From NCBI GenBank assembly GCA_964234715.1, contig OZ174278.1: a stretch of 64,000 nucleotides of DNA; one strand, written 5' to 3'. Below are positions 40,503 through 55,800 of this stretch, piece by piece (the stretch's first letter is position 1; every line of letters starts with the position of its first letter). The notes under the pieces are model-generated. The model was given only the letters and a program-made list of their open reading frames with translations, made no database searches and had not been told where the DNA came from. The stretch comes from Podarcis melisellensis. Taxonomy: Eukaryota. The translations under genes were made by a program, and so were the position numbers.

Positions 40503-41573
40503 CACGTAGCCGGAGCCCTTGTTCTTGAAAGATACACGAAAAGGCAGATCATCTCTCTTTCTCCTCCCGCCCTTCCTTTTTCCTGTCTCTTTGCTTAAGA
40601 AAACCAAATCCACCCGAAGTGACATTCCCTCCACGCATGCCGGACGATTGTGAGTTGCTAGCAACTATGAGACAGAGAGAAAGCGAAACTCCTTGCAATA
40701 AATAGCTTGTGGTTTGCAACATGTTTTTCCTGGAGACAATGAGGAAGAACCGTCAGGGAGGTCCTATATAACACCGAACTTTCCGCTTTCCTACCGTACT
40801 TAACAGATCCCCAACTTTGAAAAGAACTGCTGAATACGAAAGTTAAAAGAACCACCCCCCGCCCCCAGAAACCCTGCAATTAATAAACCTGATTACATTG
40901 ATTTATAGTCCCAAAGGGGGTTTCGGGGATCGCCACGTCCTGTTCTGAAGAGGACTGAGGCTCCAGTCTTAACCCCGTTCACCTGGAACGTAGCCCCATT
41001 GAATTCTACAGGGCTTACACAGCAATTGTTACCATGTCTACTTAGAAGTAAATCCAACTGAATCCGTGGGCCTAAAATGGTTTCCCCCCTATCATTTTAA
41101 TTGCCCTCCAGGTTTCCCGGCCCTTTAGAAAAAGTGTCCAGGCGAGTTGCGACCCTCGGAACCGGCTCCCTTCAAAAATCCAGACACTATCCAAATTTAT
41201 TCCTCTTTCATTAAAATGTTATTATCAAGCGATCCTTTCCTGAAAGGGCTGAAGGATAGAACTGGGATGCAGTGAAGTCATCCCAAATCGGAGCACGCAC
41301 ACACACAAAATCGCTCACATATTTGTGCACCTTCACTTCTCATGCATACTTCTCAACAAAGGGAGTTTGGCTAATTTCTAGAAGGAACGCGGAAGGAATT
41401 GAACAAAAATGGATCAAAATTATGTCTCCGATATTACTCAATTCCTACGTTTTAAGATACGTGGGGAATCTTTTCAAAGTTTTTGTAAGCATGGCAGAAT
41501 TATCGAATCTCCCTGCTGTTAACTTTGTACTTTATTCACACTTTTTAATTTATGAAATAATGGAGAAAGAGGA

Positions 41574-41757
41574 GCAGCCCAATCTTCTCCATGTTTACTG
41601 GGAAGTAAGTCCTGCTGAGTCCAGTGGGATTTATTCTAGAAATGCCCAGGAATACAGAGTTAGCGGCAGCCCTAAATCCACTTCCCTGGGAGTAAAATCT
41701 ATTGAACTCAATGGGACCTACTTCTGACTAGACACGCTAAGTATTGCAGCGTCCTTA
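41574..41757. repeat. Two adjacent copies of a roughly 85-bp palindromic dispersed repeat (Harbinger-MITE-like); representative of many copies in the window
   Basis: By-eye consensus GCAATCCTATRCATGTYTACTCAGAAGTAAGTCCCATTGARTTCAATGGGACTTACTCCCAGGTAAGTGTGYATAGGATTGC. Confidence 0.7.
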
Positions 41758-44700
41758 GCTTTTGTCAGTTCAGATGTTCTCTGTTTAATGGATCTTTGTT
41801 AAAGCTAGACTTTGCTGGTGTATCTCCGCAGCAGGAACACGCACATGCTGGCAAACTTTTTTTTCCTGGTGCTTCGGTTGGACAACTTGGTATACGCCTT
41901 TAGAGTCTGACTGGCAGTCAATGTTAGGGCTGCAATCCCATGCCCAGTTTCCTGGGAGTAAGCTCTGTTTAACTTAATGGGATTTATTACAATCCTCATA
42001 GTACTTACTCCCGAGTAACACCAACGAACTTTATGAAATGCCGAACAAGCCCAATGAGACTGGAGCTGCAATCGCCTTAACACCTAGAACTCGTCTTAAA
42101 CTGGGCTGTGGATGAAGCTGCGAAAGGAAAATCAGAGCTTTTGAGGTGCCTATTCTTTTCTTACCCTCCACGGTCTCGACACAAGCCAAACGCAAACTTG
42201 CACTTGATTTGGTATATTTTCTTTAGGCAAACTGCCTCAAGTTATCAAGGCAGAGGAGGGAGGAGAAAAAGCGTGAACAAACTGCACGTCCGATTGTTAC
42301 TTCCTCCGACTGAAAATGCGCAGCTCAAACGCACCTTTCCAAGTGAGCATGGATTACGGACAGTGTTCGGGTCCACTAAGAAACTGCCACTGAAATCATT
42401 GGGACTAATTGCTTCCTTGTGTAGGATTGTGGCGTTTTCTGGAGGGGAATGAAACCTTGGATTCAAAGCCTATGAAATAAAATGCCGTGGACTGGAGAAA
42501 TGAGGGCATCCTTTTGCAGAAGGAACCGCAGTTTTGCCTGAAAATCTACCCAAAGAAATTGAAATGGTGTAGATGGCGATTCTTAAGCAACCTCCCACAA
42601 TGCCTCTTCTCTGAGTTAATTTTAAGAAGTGAAGGAAAAAATATCCCAAAAAGAATTCTTAGCCAGAAAGAGCTCTGGTGATTTGGGAAGAGCAGATTCC
42701 CCAAACTACTTGCCTTCCTTCCGACGGGATGGGGCTTTTTATAGTGTGCTTACAGCTATAGCAAACGCTTGATCAAATGAAAACAAAACAAACAAAACTC
42801 TCGGCTTTCAAGGCAACAGATGCAGAATGAGCGCATTAGAAGAGGTCCTCAACAGGACTCCTTATTCAGGCCAGAGTTGCCCACAAGCAGGAGTGAAAAG
42901 GTAAACCCAATTGATTTCAATATAAGCTTTTTAAAGGAATAGGGTAGAAATAGGACAACAATTTATACTGTAAGCTTCCTGGGGCAGGGAACTATTTGTT
43001 ACAGTGTAATACGCCATGTACGATGCTTAGATTATAATCAGCATTGATAGAATACCAGCCTCAAGCACCTCAACTTGCAAGCAAGCCCCCTGGACTTCAG
43101 TGTGATCATCAGTGCAACCCTATACCTGCCTACTCAGAAGTAAGTCCCTTTGACTTCAATGGCACATACTCCTAATTAAGTGTGCATAGAATCCTAGACA
43201 TGCTTTCACGTGAGTAATTTCCATTTAACTCAATGGCATTTAATTTCGGCAACTTTCATAGAACTGTACTTTTATTGAGTATGCGTAGGGCTCCGGCCTT
43301 AAGGAGAGAGATATAAAACAAAAACCTGTCTCAAACCACTCTTAACTACATAGTTTGCTCGAAAACAGGACATATTTCCAAATCCGAGTGTAGAAATAAA
43401 ACGTCTGCTATCAAAATTAGAGCGGCTCAGGTGTAAGGGTGACTTCCTTACTGACCCAGCGATTGTTAAACCATAAAACGAAAAATGAAAGTCTATTTTC
43501 CCATCACTGGAGGAAGTGATCCTACGAAATGCGGAAGTTAGAAGACTCAAGCGAGTAAGCCAAGCCACAAGGCAATCTCCACCAAATGGCAGGTGCATTT
43601 TATTTTAGGGTTTAGGATTGTAGGGGAAGAAAACGCAAGGACAATACATTTAATCTGACGCAACCCTGCCTCCAGAGGGAAAGAGGTGGGTAAGTCATCT
43701 GTGTGTGTGTGTGTCTCTTTGTTTGCAAAGGAGAATGAACATTATTTAAAGCAGTGCGCGGGGCTTATCAGAGCAGAGAGGCTGCTTTGAACAGCTGTCC
43801 GCGGCGCTGGATGGAACTAATTATATCTCCTGCCGTCAGCTCAACTCAGCTCGATTCCCGGCTGGCGCTGCCCACCACCCAAGCCGGCTGAGCGCTTGTT
43901 TACAGCGGAGGCTAAGACGCAAATCTCCCTGCGACTCCTGTCAATTTCAAGGCTGGCGCTGAGGAGGGGTTTCCGCCGAAAGCGCGGCCCTGCAGGCGGC
44001 TGCGCGAAAAGGGAAACCGGCGAAATCCACACCATTGCGGATCAGCTGCGGTGGAGAGTTTACTTACACCACTTTCAAATATAGGCGACCCAACGAGGGA
44101 GACTCAGAGGGCTTCCTGGGCCGAATTTTCAGTTTGTACTGCAAGTCCAGTTATACTGCTAGCTAATCTTACATCTAGGAATTGCCACTGATCTCGCCTC
44201 TAATTCCAGTAGGGCGCATTTTAAAGTAGATATCCTAGAATAGCAGACCTTGCGCCTAAAGTATTTAGATTGCAATCAATCGACTTTACTGTTGTTATTT
44301 TTTAAGCGCACAACTCAACTTCTGAGTCAGACCATGTAGCACAATATTCTAACTGGGAGCACTTTTCCAAGGCTGCAAAAAGCCATACCTGGAGACACCC
44401 CGAGTTGAACTGGGACCGTCTGAGTCTAGATGGGTTTAGGGTGCTGGCTTTGCGAGAGGGGGTTTGAGATCGTGTGCGACTCTCTGAACCCCCAATTAAG
44501 CTGATCTGTATTACAGTATAAGAAAGCTTATATTAAATCATTCCGCCTTAACTTTCAAATAAAGTTCTTCTGGCTGCAATCTCTCACAAACTTCTGAATA
44601 GGAACGCATAGGATTGCACTGCTCACTGCCTCTTGCATCTGTTCACTTAGATCCTCAGCACATTTACTTAGAAGTAAGCGCCGTTGCTTTATATGACTCG

Positions 44701-45599
44701 TAAAGTAAAAAAACTGTGATAACGCCTCAGGTTGGAGGGAAGTGAGTTTACTTTCCAGCTCCTCCCCACTCGATCGCCCTCGGGCTGTCGAGTCCTTTAT
44801 CTACTCAATTCAGCTTGTTTTGCTAGTTAAAGATACGGAGAGCAGGACTGTTGTCTATTTTTCACCTGGACGATTTTCCGGACGGTAAATGCGATTCAGG
44901 CAACAAGCGAGCAAATCTGTAGTGTTGGTAGGCCTTTGATCTTGGAAAACTTGACACTTTCCCCCCTAGACCGTGAGATACAAAATGTAATCTTCCAAAG
45001 TTTTCTTTTTCTTCCCTGAGTCTGACAAACCATTGACTGTTGGCGGAAACCCCAGCAATCATGGCTAAAACACGGATCTCCCCTTTTTCTGGAACCTTAC
45101 ACACATTTCCCCCTCTTTCTTCTACATATTGCTAGCAAAGTTAAGTTAAAGGGTTTATTTTGCTGTGCTTTTATGGTGAACTGTCTGACAATTGACGGAC
45201 AAATCCTGTCTTGTCTTCCTCCCACAGAAGTCCTATCAAATGCAGTACATGTGACATCGGAAGGATTTGTACTGTATTTTTAATGGTGGAAAGTCCCGGC
45301 TGCAATGGCCATCTCTCTTGACTTCAGCAGGACTACTCCAGCATTCAACGCGTTGTAGATTGCTGCAAATATCTTTTATTTCTGCACTCAGGCTTCCGCG
45401 ACTGGTATTAAAGAACTCTCAGTCCGATATTAAACACATTTCGTTAAGCAAAAGGCCACTGAAGTTATTTTAAAGAAACGGCGTTTGGGGTTCTTGGGCC
45501 ACAATCTACAATTTTTGAAACTTCATAGTAGTCCTACAAAAAGTCACGGAAATCGCTCCCAAAAGCAAAGGGCTTCACTGTAACTAACAAACATAGGAA

Positions 45600-47900
<2,301 letters not shown>

Positions 47901-49743
47901 AGGAAGGCGCTTGTCTTTCAGCTCTCTGTCCACAAAAGAAGGATCTCGAAGGCAGTCGGTGGAAGGTCTTTCCAAGCGAACGCCTTGCCTTATTTAAGAT
48001 CCTACAGCTTTCGACAGAACCTAGGCATTTTGAAATAAAAAATTCCGGCCCCTGATCCCCGCCGGAACCAGCATCTACCTAAAGCAGCGGTCCCCAGAGC
48101 ACTGAACTCCCCGCAATTTGTTTACTTCTGAATAAAGGTGCTTAGGATCTGATCGCGCTGGAAATTAAGGTTCCTTTGGTCGGTTAAAGGTCCTTAAGTT
48201 GCACTAGTTTCCACTCAACTGACCAAGCTTGTTACCTATTAAACTGGGAGTGAGGCTTCAGCGGTTTCTGAGCAACCATATTAGTTAATGGATCCTGACT
48301 GGGTTATTAATAATACATTCCATTAAAACGGTGGGATTTCCCCTCTAGTGAGCAAGAAGAAGGTTTGGGGTGTAAAATCCCCTCTGGACTCCCAGGCATG
48401 TTATGAAAGAGTGGATCAACATTACTTAGGCGCCCATCCTTGACTCACTTCTCTGCCCCACTGAACTCAATGAGGCTGGCTTCTGAGTTGACAAGCATAC
48501 GATTGTGCTGTTAGTTAGTCGTGTCCTCCTCTTCCAAGTATATATGCAACCCCTTCATCTGTCACCAGACTATAACTCCCCTTCGACCTAGTTGATTGCT
48601 CAACCCTATTCCCAATGTTCATGGGGTGCGCGACCCTGCACACACGTCTCTGAGGGTCAGTCCCGTGCAACTCTGTGGGACTTTCTTCTGAGTTTAGATT
48701 TGCGGGTCCCCAGTAGCTCTAAGACGCACTAACGTAGAGGCCCAGATCTACTCGAGAGTCGGAATGGGGGAATCCAGCAACTTGGCCTAAACTCAACCTT
48801 GGGTCCCAGTATGTTGTTGGACCACAAATCCCATCATCTTTGGCCGTTAGCTAAGCTTCCTTGGGTATGATGGGGCTGTACTCCAAGAACTCAGAAGTAT
48901 AGGATTTTCTGCAATCCTATACACACTCACTCAAGAGGGAGCTTCATTTAACACTGTGGGATTTCCATCCATTGAATTGCCCTAGCAATACAGGGTCCTA
49001 TGCGCGCTTACTCAGAAGTCACTCTTCCCCGGGAGTAAGCTCCACTGAACGCAGTGGGAGAGACTTTTGGGTACATACGTGCAACCCAGGAGGAAGCCTG
49101 AAAAGGCCATAATCTCCTTGCCTACAAGCGTATCTTGCTGCGCCCAAGTGACTTCCTGCAGGAAAGTCGCATGCGCCAGGCAATGTGCCCCGAAGTGTCG
49201 CCCATCGAGGCTACCACGCTCCCAGGCCGACTAAACAAATGAGAGCAGCCCACTTTAACTGCGCTGCCGGCGGGGGAATTCATCCCACCTACGGACTGCT
49301 CAGGCGGCTGGCGGCTAGCGAGGACCGCGCTTGTCCGTCCTCTGCAGCAACCTTGGGATTGTAGGGGACGGTGGAGGGGCCGCCGTCGAGCAACGCGGCT
49401 GGCGGCTCTGGGACCAGCAAGGAGGGTTGGGTGTGCTGGTGATTAGCGGTTCCAAACTCTCCGATCTGGAGACTGACCTTACAAGAGGATGGATCTGCTA
49501 TTGAGGCAAACTGACCGGTATTTACGCAATCAATGGACACGAGCTACTGACAGTCTTTAGGGCAGATGATGGGGAGCCTGTGGCCCTCCCAATGTTCTTG
49601 GACTCCCATCAACCCCAGCCAGCATAGGGAATTGTTGGGGATGGCGGGAGCTGTAGTAACCTCCTCCTTTGGAACGCAATCGCGTTGTTATACTCCACAG
49701 CCTTCCTTATCTCTGCCGCTCGATCCCAAAGACTATATTTACT

Positions 49744-49888
49744 CATAGAATCATGGCAGAGTTGGAAGAGACCCGAGGATCATTTAATCCAACTACCTGC
49801 AATGCAGGAATATGTAGCTGGCGCGCACCAGGATCGAACCTACGACCTGGGCTTGTCAGCGTCACGCTCTGACACGTGAACTAACCAC
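49744..49888 (-). mobile_element. tRNA-headed SINE with a CR1-like 3' tail
   Basis: Minus strand reads TAGTTCA...AGAGCGTGACGCTGACAAGCCCAGGTCGTAGGTTCGATCC (tRNA-Ile-like A/B boxes), then TTCCTGCATTGCAGG..TTGGA..GATCCTCGGGTCTCTTCCAACTCT..ATGATTCTATG. Confidence 0.7.
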
Positions 49889-52800
49889 CTTGAATACTTG
49901 AAAGTAAGCTGCGCGAATTAATGCGTGCAGCTCGATCCTATATGTGCTTGCCTAGAAGCACTCCCTATGAATTCAGTAGGTCTTGCAGGCTGAGCGGGCG
50001 CCTTCTTTCCAAGCGAAGATGCTTCGGAGAAGGGAGGTACCTGCGCCCCAATCTGCCTACTTCCACCTCGAGAGACGGACAGACAGGGAGTAGTTAGCCC
50101 CACGGAACTTACATCTGAGCAAGCATGCATCCCTTTAATCTCTATTCAACATGGAGTATCTTCTTAGGCGTTTTTAGACGCGCAGAAACGGTCTAAATAG
50201 CAGTGTAACACAGTGTATATATGATGTTGAGTAGTCCGATTAAATTCGACGGGACTGTCCTGGCGTAAGCAGGACTGTGGTTTGCGACTCTGGGTTCCTT
50301 CCCATCAGCTCGCTGCTGCTGCTGCTGCTTTGCCCGAGTCCTCTGACAATGCATCTGCTTTGTGAATTCATGCCTCGCACACTGACCTTAGGGAGGAGGA
50401 TTCCGAGGTGTTTTCTGAAGCCTGCAGAGGAATCGGATGGAAATCTACATCCTGCGAAGCTCCCCGCTCCCTCCCTCACACACATACACAAGGCACACAC
50501 TCTGTCAGCCCTAAGCAAGTTTTATTGCAAAGTGAACCCCATGACGCTTACTTCCGAGGAAGCGCGGCTCTGCTCGCTTCTGAAACGCCTCTCATAGGGA
50601 AATCCGATTGTCTTCCCAACCCTGCTGCGCCCTTATGACTTTCGGGGCTCGGAGGGGGCAGTTCCCCAGCAAAGCTGCTCTGTGTCAACACCCGGCCTCT
50701 GGTAAGGGCTCCGCTGCGCCTTTAGGCGAGAATGGCACAAGAAAGGCTTTTAGGGCACCGCCCGAGGCAATTCCTCCGCAGCCTGGGCCGCGGTCTCACC
50801 TGTGCTTGGAAATGGATCAGACTTCCTGGTACATCTAGTAGGCAGGGATGGGACTTAAAGACGCTCCCTGCTCCCTGGGAAGTGGATGGAAACGCTTTTA
50901 AAAGCTTGAACACCATCCTTTAGATTTGGAAGTAGCCCCTGCATGGCAGAAGGAGCCATTGGTAGCCGCATATTTCTCAGGTCAATAGATTGCAAACACC
51001 GTACTAACACCAGCAATTTAATCCATTATGGGCCACTTATTTAATTATTTTGAATATTACGGAACATGAGGCGCATTTAATAACACTTTCAAATAGGTGA
51101 CTCGCAGTTCAATTCTAACCTCGTCTACTCAGAAGTAAGACCTATTGAATCCAGTGGGTTTACTCCCAGGTACTTGGGAGGGTTAGTATGGCAGCCTACG
51201 AGCTCCGATGAATTTAGCAAGGCTTATTTCCGAGTAGACACGTGTAGGGTCGCGCTGTTAATATATTTCCTTGCTTACGACGCGAGGAGCTGAGACAGCC
51301 TAACTGCTTTCTCTGGGCTGGTATTATTGACAGTAGTAGGGCTTTCTTCCTCACAAAATTACGTAAGGTCAACGACTGCGAGACTAGACATCCCCCCCCC
51401 CCTCCAACACACATACAATGAGTGACACGTCGCGCTTTTGTGACAGTTGATGACATGGGACTAAACCGGCTTTATTCTCCATTTAGAGGGTTTAGGATCC
51501 CGGGTGGTGCAGACCTACCAAACAATTGCTCTCAGCAATTGGGAAGAAAATGAATGTGCGCGCGCGCTGCTGCGCTTAAACCACTCTCTTAAATCACTTA
51601 GTTGGTTGGCCGTTGACTTCCGCAGGAATCAAGGAGCCTTGCTTCCACCTAAAGTAAACCCCTTTGCGCTTGCCGTGGAAGTTCCCTGTCCTATTGACAA
51701 TCCCCAAAGCCACAGAATACAATCTGGATGGCTAAGGCTTGGGCTGCGCTCTCTGGAGACAGAAGTGCTGCTTCTGTGTATGTGGAAACAGGCAGTAGAC
51801 ACAGGCACGATCACAGATCTGTTCCTGAACTAGCCGGGATGGAACATTTGTGTTTGAACCGCTTTGTCCCAGTTTTCTGCAAAAATGTGCTCCACGAGTT
51901 GGAAACCAAGCCGGCTCCAGATCGCTGGCAAAAGTTCTCAGGCGGTTCCACACATTAGGTTTTCTCTCTCTTCAAAGTGTCTGATTTTGCTGCACCCACC
52001 ACGACACGAAAAACGTATTTTCTACGTCTGTAACTTTCAACTTCGAGGTGGTGAGACTGCCTGTTCAGTCGACTTGGAAAACCGACTAACTCGGCTGAAC
52101 AGGACACGAATAGCGGGACAGGCGTACTTTGCTCTTAGGAAAGAGTTTGACAAACGACGCATTCTGTATTAAGTATTCCTTAAATAGGTTTAGCATAATC
52201 AGAGCTGGCTCTTTTAAACTGTGACTTGCGAGGGCCAGAGAGAGAACTCCTGAACAATCCTGGTTCAGCAAGGCGTCGAAAGCGCTTCTCTTACACCCGG
52301 TTTGGAGTCCTGCAAACTAACACCACCACCACATTTCCTGAGGGGGTCACAGATTAACAGACCCTCCCAGAGAGACCCCCTTCTAAGCAAAACTCCAGCC
52401 CGAAAGGGGCTGCTTTTGTCCAAGATCGCTGCCTAGGACGATAAACAGAAATAAATTAAATGGCCCGGTAATAAAAGATCAGCTTCTTCTAAAATAAACA
52501 GCGACAGTTTGGTATTAACGACAGTTCCTGCTTGACTGGCCTGACCAGCCAAACCAGAGCTGACCGATTTAGACTCACTTCGTGCCCTCGAAGCAAATGA
52601 GAGACTATTGTTTTGTTTTGTGTTTTGTTTTTAAAGGGGGAGGGTGTCCTTAACTGGCTTATGGGTAGACTTGTAAGAGTTACCCGAGGAGCACAGGGTC
52701 AGGCTTAAAACAAGGTAAGGGGGGAAAGGCGGAAAATGGAATATACCCAATCCTGAATCCTCAGAAGCAGAGTACCGTATTTTGGTAGTGATGTGTCAGA

Positions 52801-55800
52801 ATATTACTATTGCAGAAGTTTTCATGGCGCATATGCTTTTCACAATTCTTATCTGACGGATCTTTCTCACATCCCCGTGCAGAAAGAACCGTCTGAAGTC
52901 ACTTACCCTACATCTGCTTGCATTTTAAAATAAATGCAAAACTGCTGCCACGGCTTTGGCTTTCCAAGACAGCAGGGATTTGAGCCGGGATCGCTGGAAT
53001 CCGGGCCACTTGCTTCTTCCTCGATCGAGCAATCCGGGGTCCGCTTCTGATTCGCTTCGCTTGCAGGTTTGGCCACTAAGCGAAGATAAATGGTATTAAC
53101 CCAACTCTACCCCTTTGTCTATCGCTTTGTAAAATCGAAGGCAGAAACCCCTTTTAATCGGCGAGTGAATACGAATACTATTTGTATGAGGGTTGGGGAG
53201 GTGAGCGCGCGCCTGTTCATTCTGGGGAGAGGTAAGCGCCTAAATGCGCAGACGGTTTAGGTAGGTTTTGGACTGCCTTCCCAACAACATGGCAAATGCA
53301 GGCATTCCGACATCGGTTCCTACTACCCCAATTCCAAGAATTCGGGCTGGATTCAGTGAGATGTTCTCTGGGAGAATCGGGGCGTTAAAGAGATTGTTAG
53401 TTGTTTTTGTTGTAGGCCGCCTGGAGAACGGTTTTGCGGAAAGGCGGCTCTGCAGAGAAATTGTGGACACAATCTGATCCTAACAAAGCGCCGGCTCAGC
53501 TCGAACCCCGCGCGCGTTTACTCCAAAGTAAGTCTCCCTACTCAAAGCTCTGCCATTCCAACCGGCCCTTTTCTTCCATTTCGTCAGCCGAAGTTAGCCA
53601 ACTACTAATTAACTGGGAAAGTAAAGGTCCATTTCCTGTGTGTGTGTGGGGGGGAGACCCTCTCACCTCATCCCCCCCCCTTGTCCTTCCATTCTGCTTG
53701 CTGCAAACCCCAGGCGGTGGCGCGCCAGAGGCTGAAGCCGCCAAAGCGCCGGCCCGCCAGAAGCGCATCTAGCGGCCCGCGGGAAAGATTCGCGGCGGGC
53801 TCCGCGTAAATGCGCCCAGACCTCGCCGCCATTTTACAGCAGCTGCTTCCCTCGCTTCCTTCCCTTAGTCGGATCTCCTCCTTCCCCATCTAGACGAGGA
53901 CCCTGATCTCTTTAGCAGACGCGGGCGGCTGTCTCCGGCCGTAACAAAGCCGGTCCCTGTGCGCTTTTCTTAGCAGGGTATATTTCACCTTTTCCTTTCC
54001 TGATGAAGCTCATTTCCAAAGGCTGGTGCCTCCTGTCCCCATCCTGCTTCGCTGGACTTAAAAGCCCCCCCCAAAGACATTCTTTTTCCTGGGGAAAGGG
54101 GATAAATGGGAATCGCGTGGAAAGGATAGAAAACATAACTTTACGCTCTGAATCTCGCACCAAAGTCAGCTCTCCTTCGGTGTGTTTAGAGCCGGGGCTT
54201 GCTTTCCTTTTTGGGTGGGTCATAAAATCCTGTCCCCAAACTCTATAAAATGGAACAAGAGCTGCTGTAACATAAAGTATTCTCTCTGTCCAAACTGGGG
54301 ACACCATATATCATATAATAAATAAACGCCACTTGATAATAATTATTAGAGATTCAGTAGAGAAGCAGCTGCGCCGGAATCAGGGAACAAAACTCTGCCC
54401 ATTTCTTCGCAATTTGTCAATTGCGGGCGGACTTGGAGATCCTTGCTCCGACGTCCCAAACGGAGGAGTTTGTTCTTTCCTGCCTTACACAGTCGGACCC
54501 TGTATATTTCATCCGTAGCGCGAAATGCCCTGGAAACATTTGCTTTCAAGGGATTTCCTTCCAAGTTAGGGAGGTGCACACGGCAGGGAAGGTCATCGTA
54601 GTAGTAAGTCCTGTTGACATGAATTATTTGGAAGATGCAATAAGAGTCCTATTTGCCTTTAGGATGGAGGTGCGTTTGGTGAGGATCCTAACTAAAGATG
54701 TCGCCTGAGAAATAAATCCCATTGAGTTCAATGTGCTCGACTCTCTAGAAGTGCAGTTTTCCTATTGATCTTGGGTCCTTAACATAACTGCTTGGAGCGT
54801 GTTTGCTGCAATGGGTAAAGGGCCGGGAGCATAAGAGCCAACTCCTAGGGGCCGAGATCCCTTCGCTTCCTCCCCAATAAAATATTTGAGGGGCCTGCCA
54901 CCCCACAAAGTTGTTGGGATTCCTATTCAAATGGTGCGCGCGCCTTGTGATCGATTATGCGCGGCTTACCTGGTCCCCTCCCCCAATATTTTATTCAAGT
55001 TGGCACCCTGGCTGGGAGTGATTTCAGCGGCTCCGAAGCTGCAATCTCTCACAGGTTTACTTAAAAGTCTAAGCAGCGCTGAATGCAAGGAAACTTGGGC
55101 AAATTTGTCCTGACGATGGTGCTCTCAGTTTTGCAGTATGCACTGGAATCCACGAGGTATGCTTTCAAGCAGCTTTGAATGATCCTATGTGTTCTGATTT
55201 CAGTCCCCTTCATTTTAGTGGCACCTACTTCCAGTACCACAACAACCCTTAAGAGCCTCTTGTCCCTCTGCGCACTTAACTTGGAGGCGGCCCCAATGGG
55301 CTTACTTCCGAGTAAACCTACAATGGGTTGAAATGCCACCGTCCCTAAGCGATCCTCCTTGGGAACGTCCCATTGAACTCAGGGAGGCTGACTTCTGAGC
55401 AAACCGGAGCAGGAGCGGGCATTAAAAGCCCGCGGGGGTGCTTTGAAACTCGCCCCTTTATTTGTGGCTATTCCAGGCCAAAGGCAGCGAACTCCGCTAA
55501 CTTGAATGAAGCCATCTCTCAGGAACATTTCGCTTTCTCTAATAACTAGGCAGAGAATCGGGACCTTCGGTGGGGGTTGCGATGTCCCCCACCCCAAGGG
55601 AGCCTGCTGGGACGGTGACCTGAGATGGCAATTTTGCTTTGGAGCTGCTGCCTATTTATTATCTCCACCCCCCTCCCCGGGAAAATTGACTCCCGCCGCA
55701 GCGCGACAATATCAAGGGGCGGTGGAAGCGTGAGCCCCAGATGCCTGCCAGCTCTCCTGACCCGGGTAAGCTAAGATCTGACCTTCACATTAACACGTTA

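Noticed and set aside
49815-49888. Possible tRNA gene
   Set aside because: Degenerate cloverleaf fused to a CR1-like tail, so it is a SINE head.
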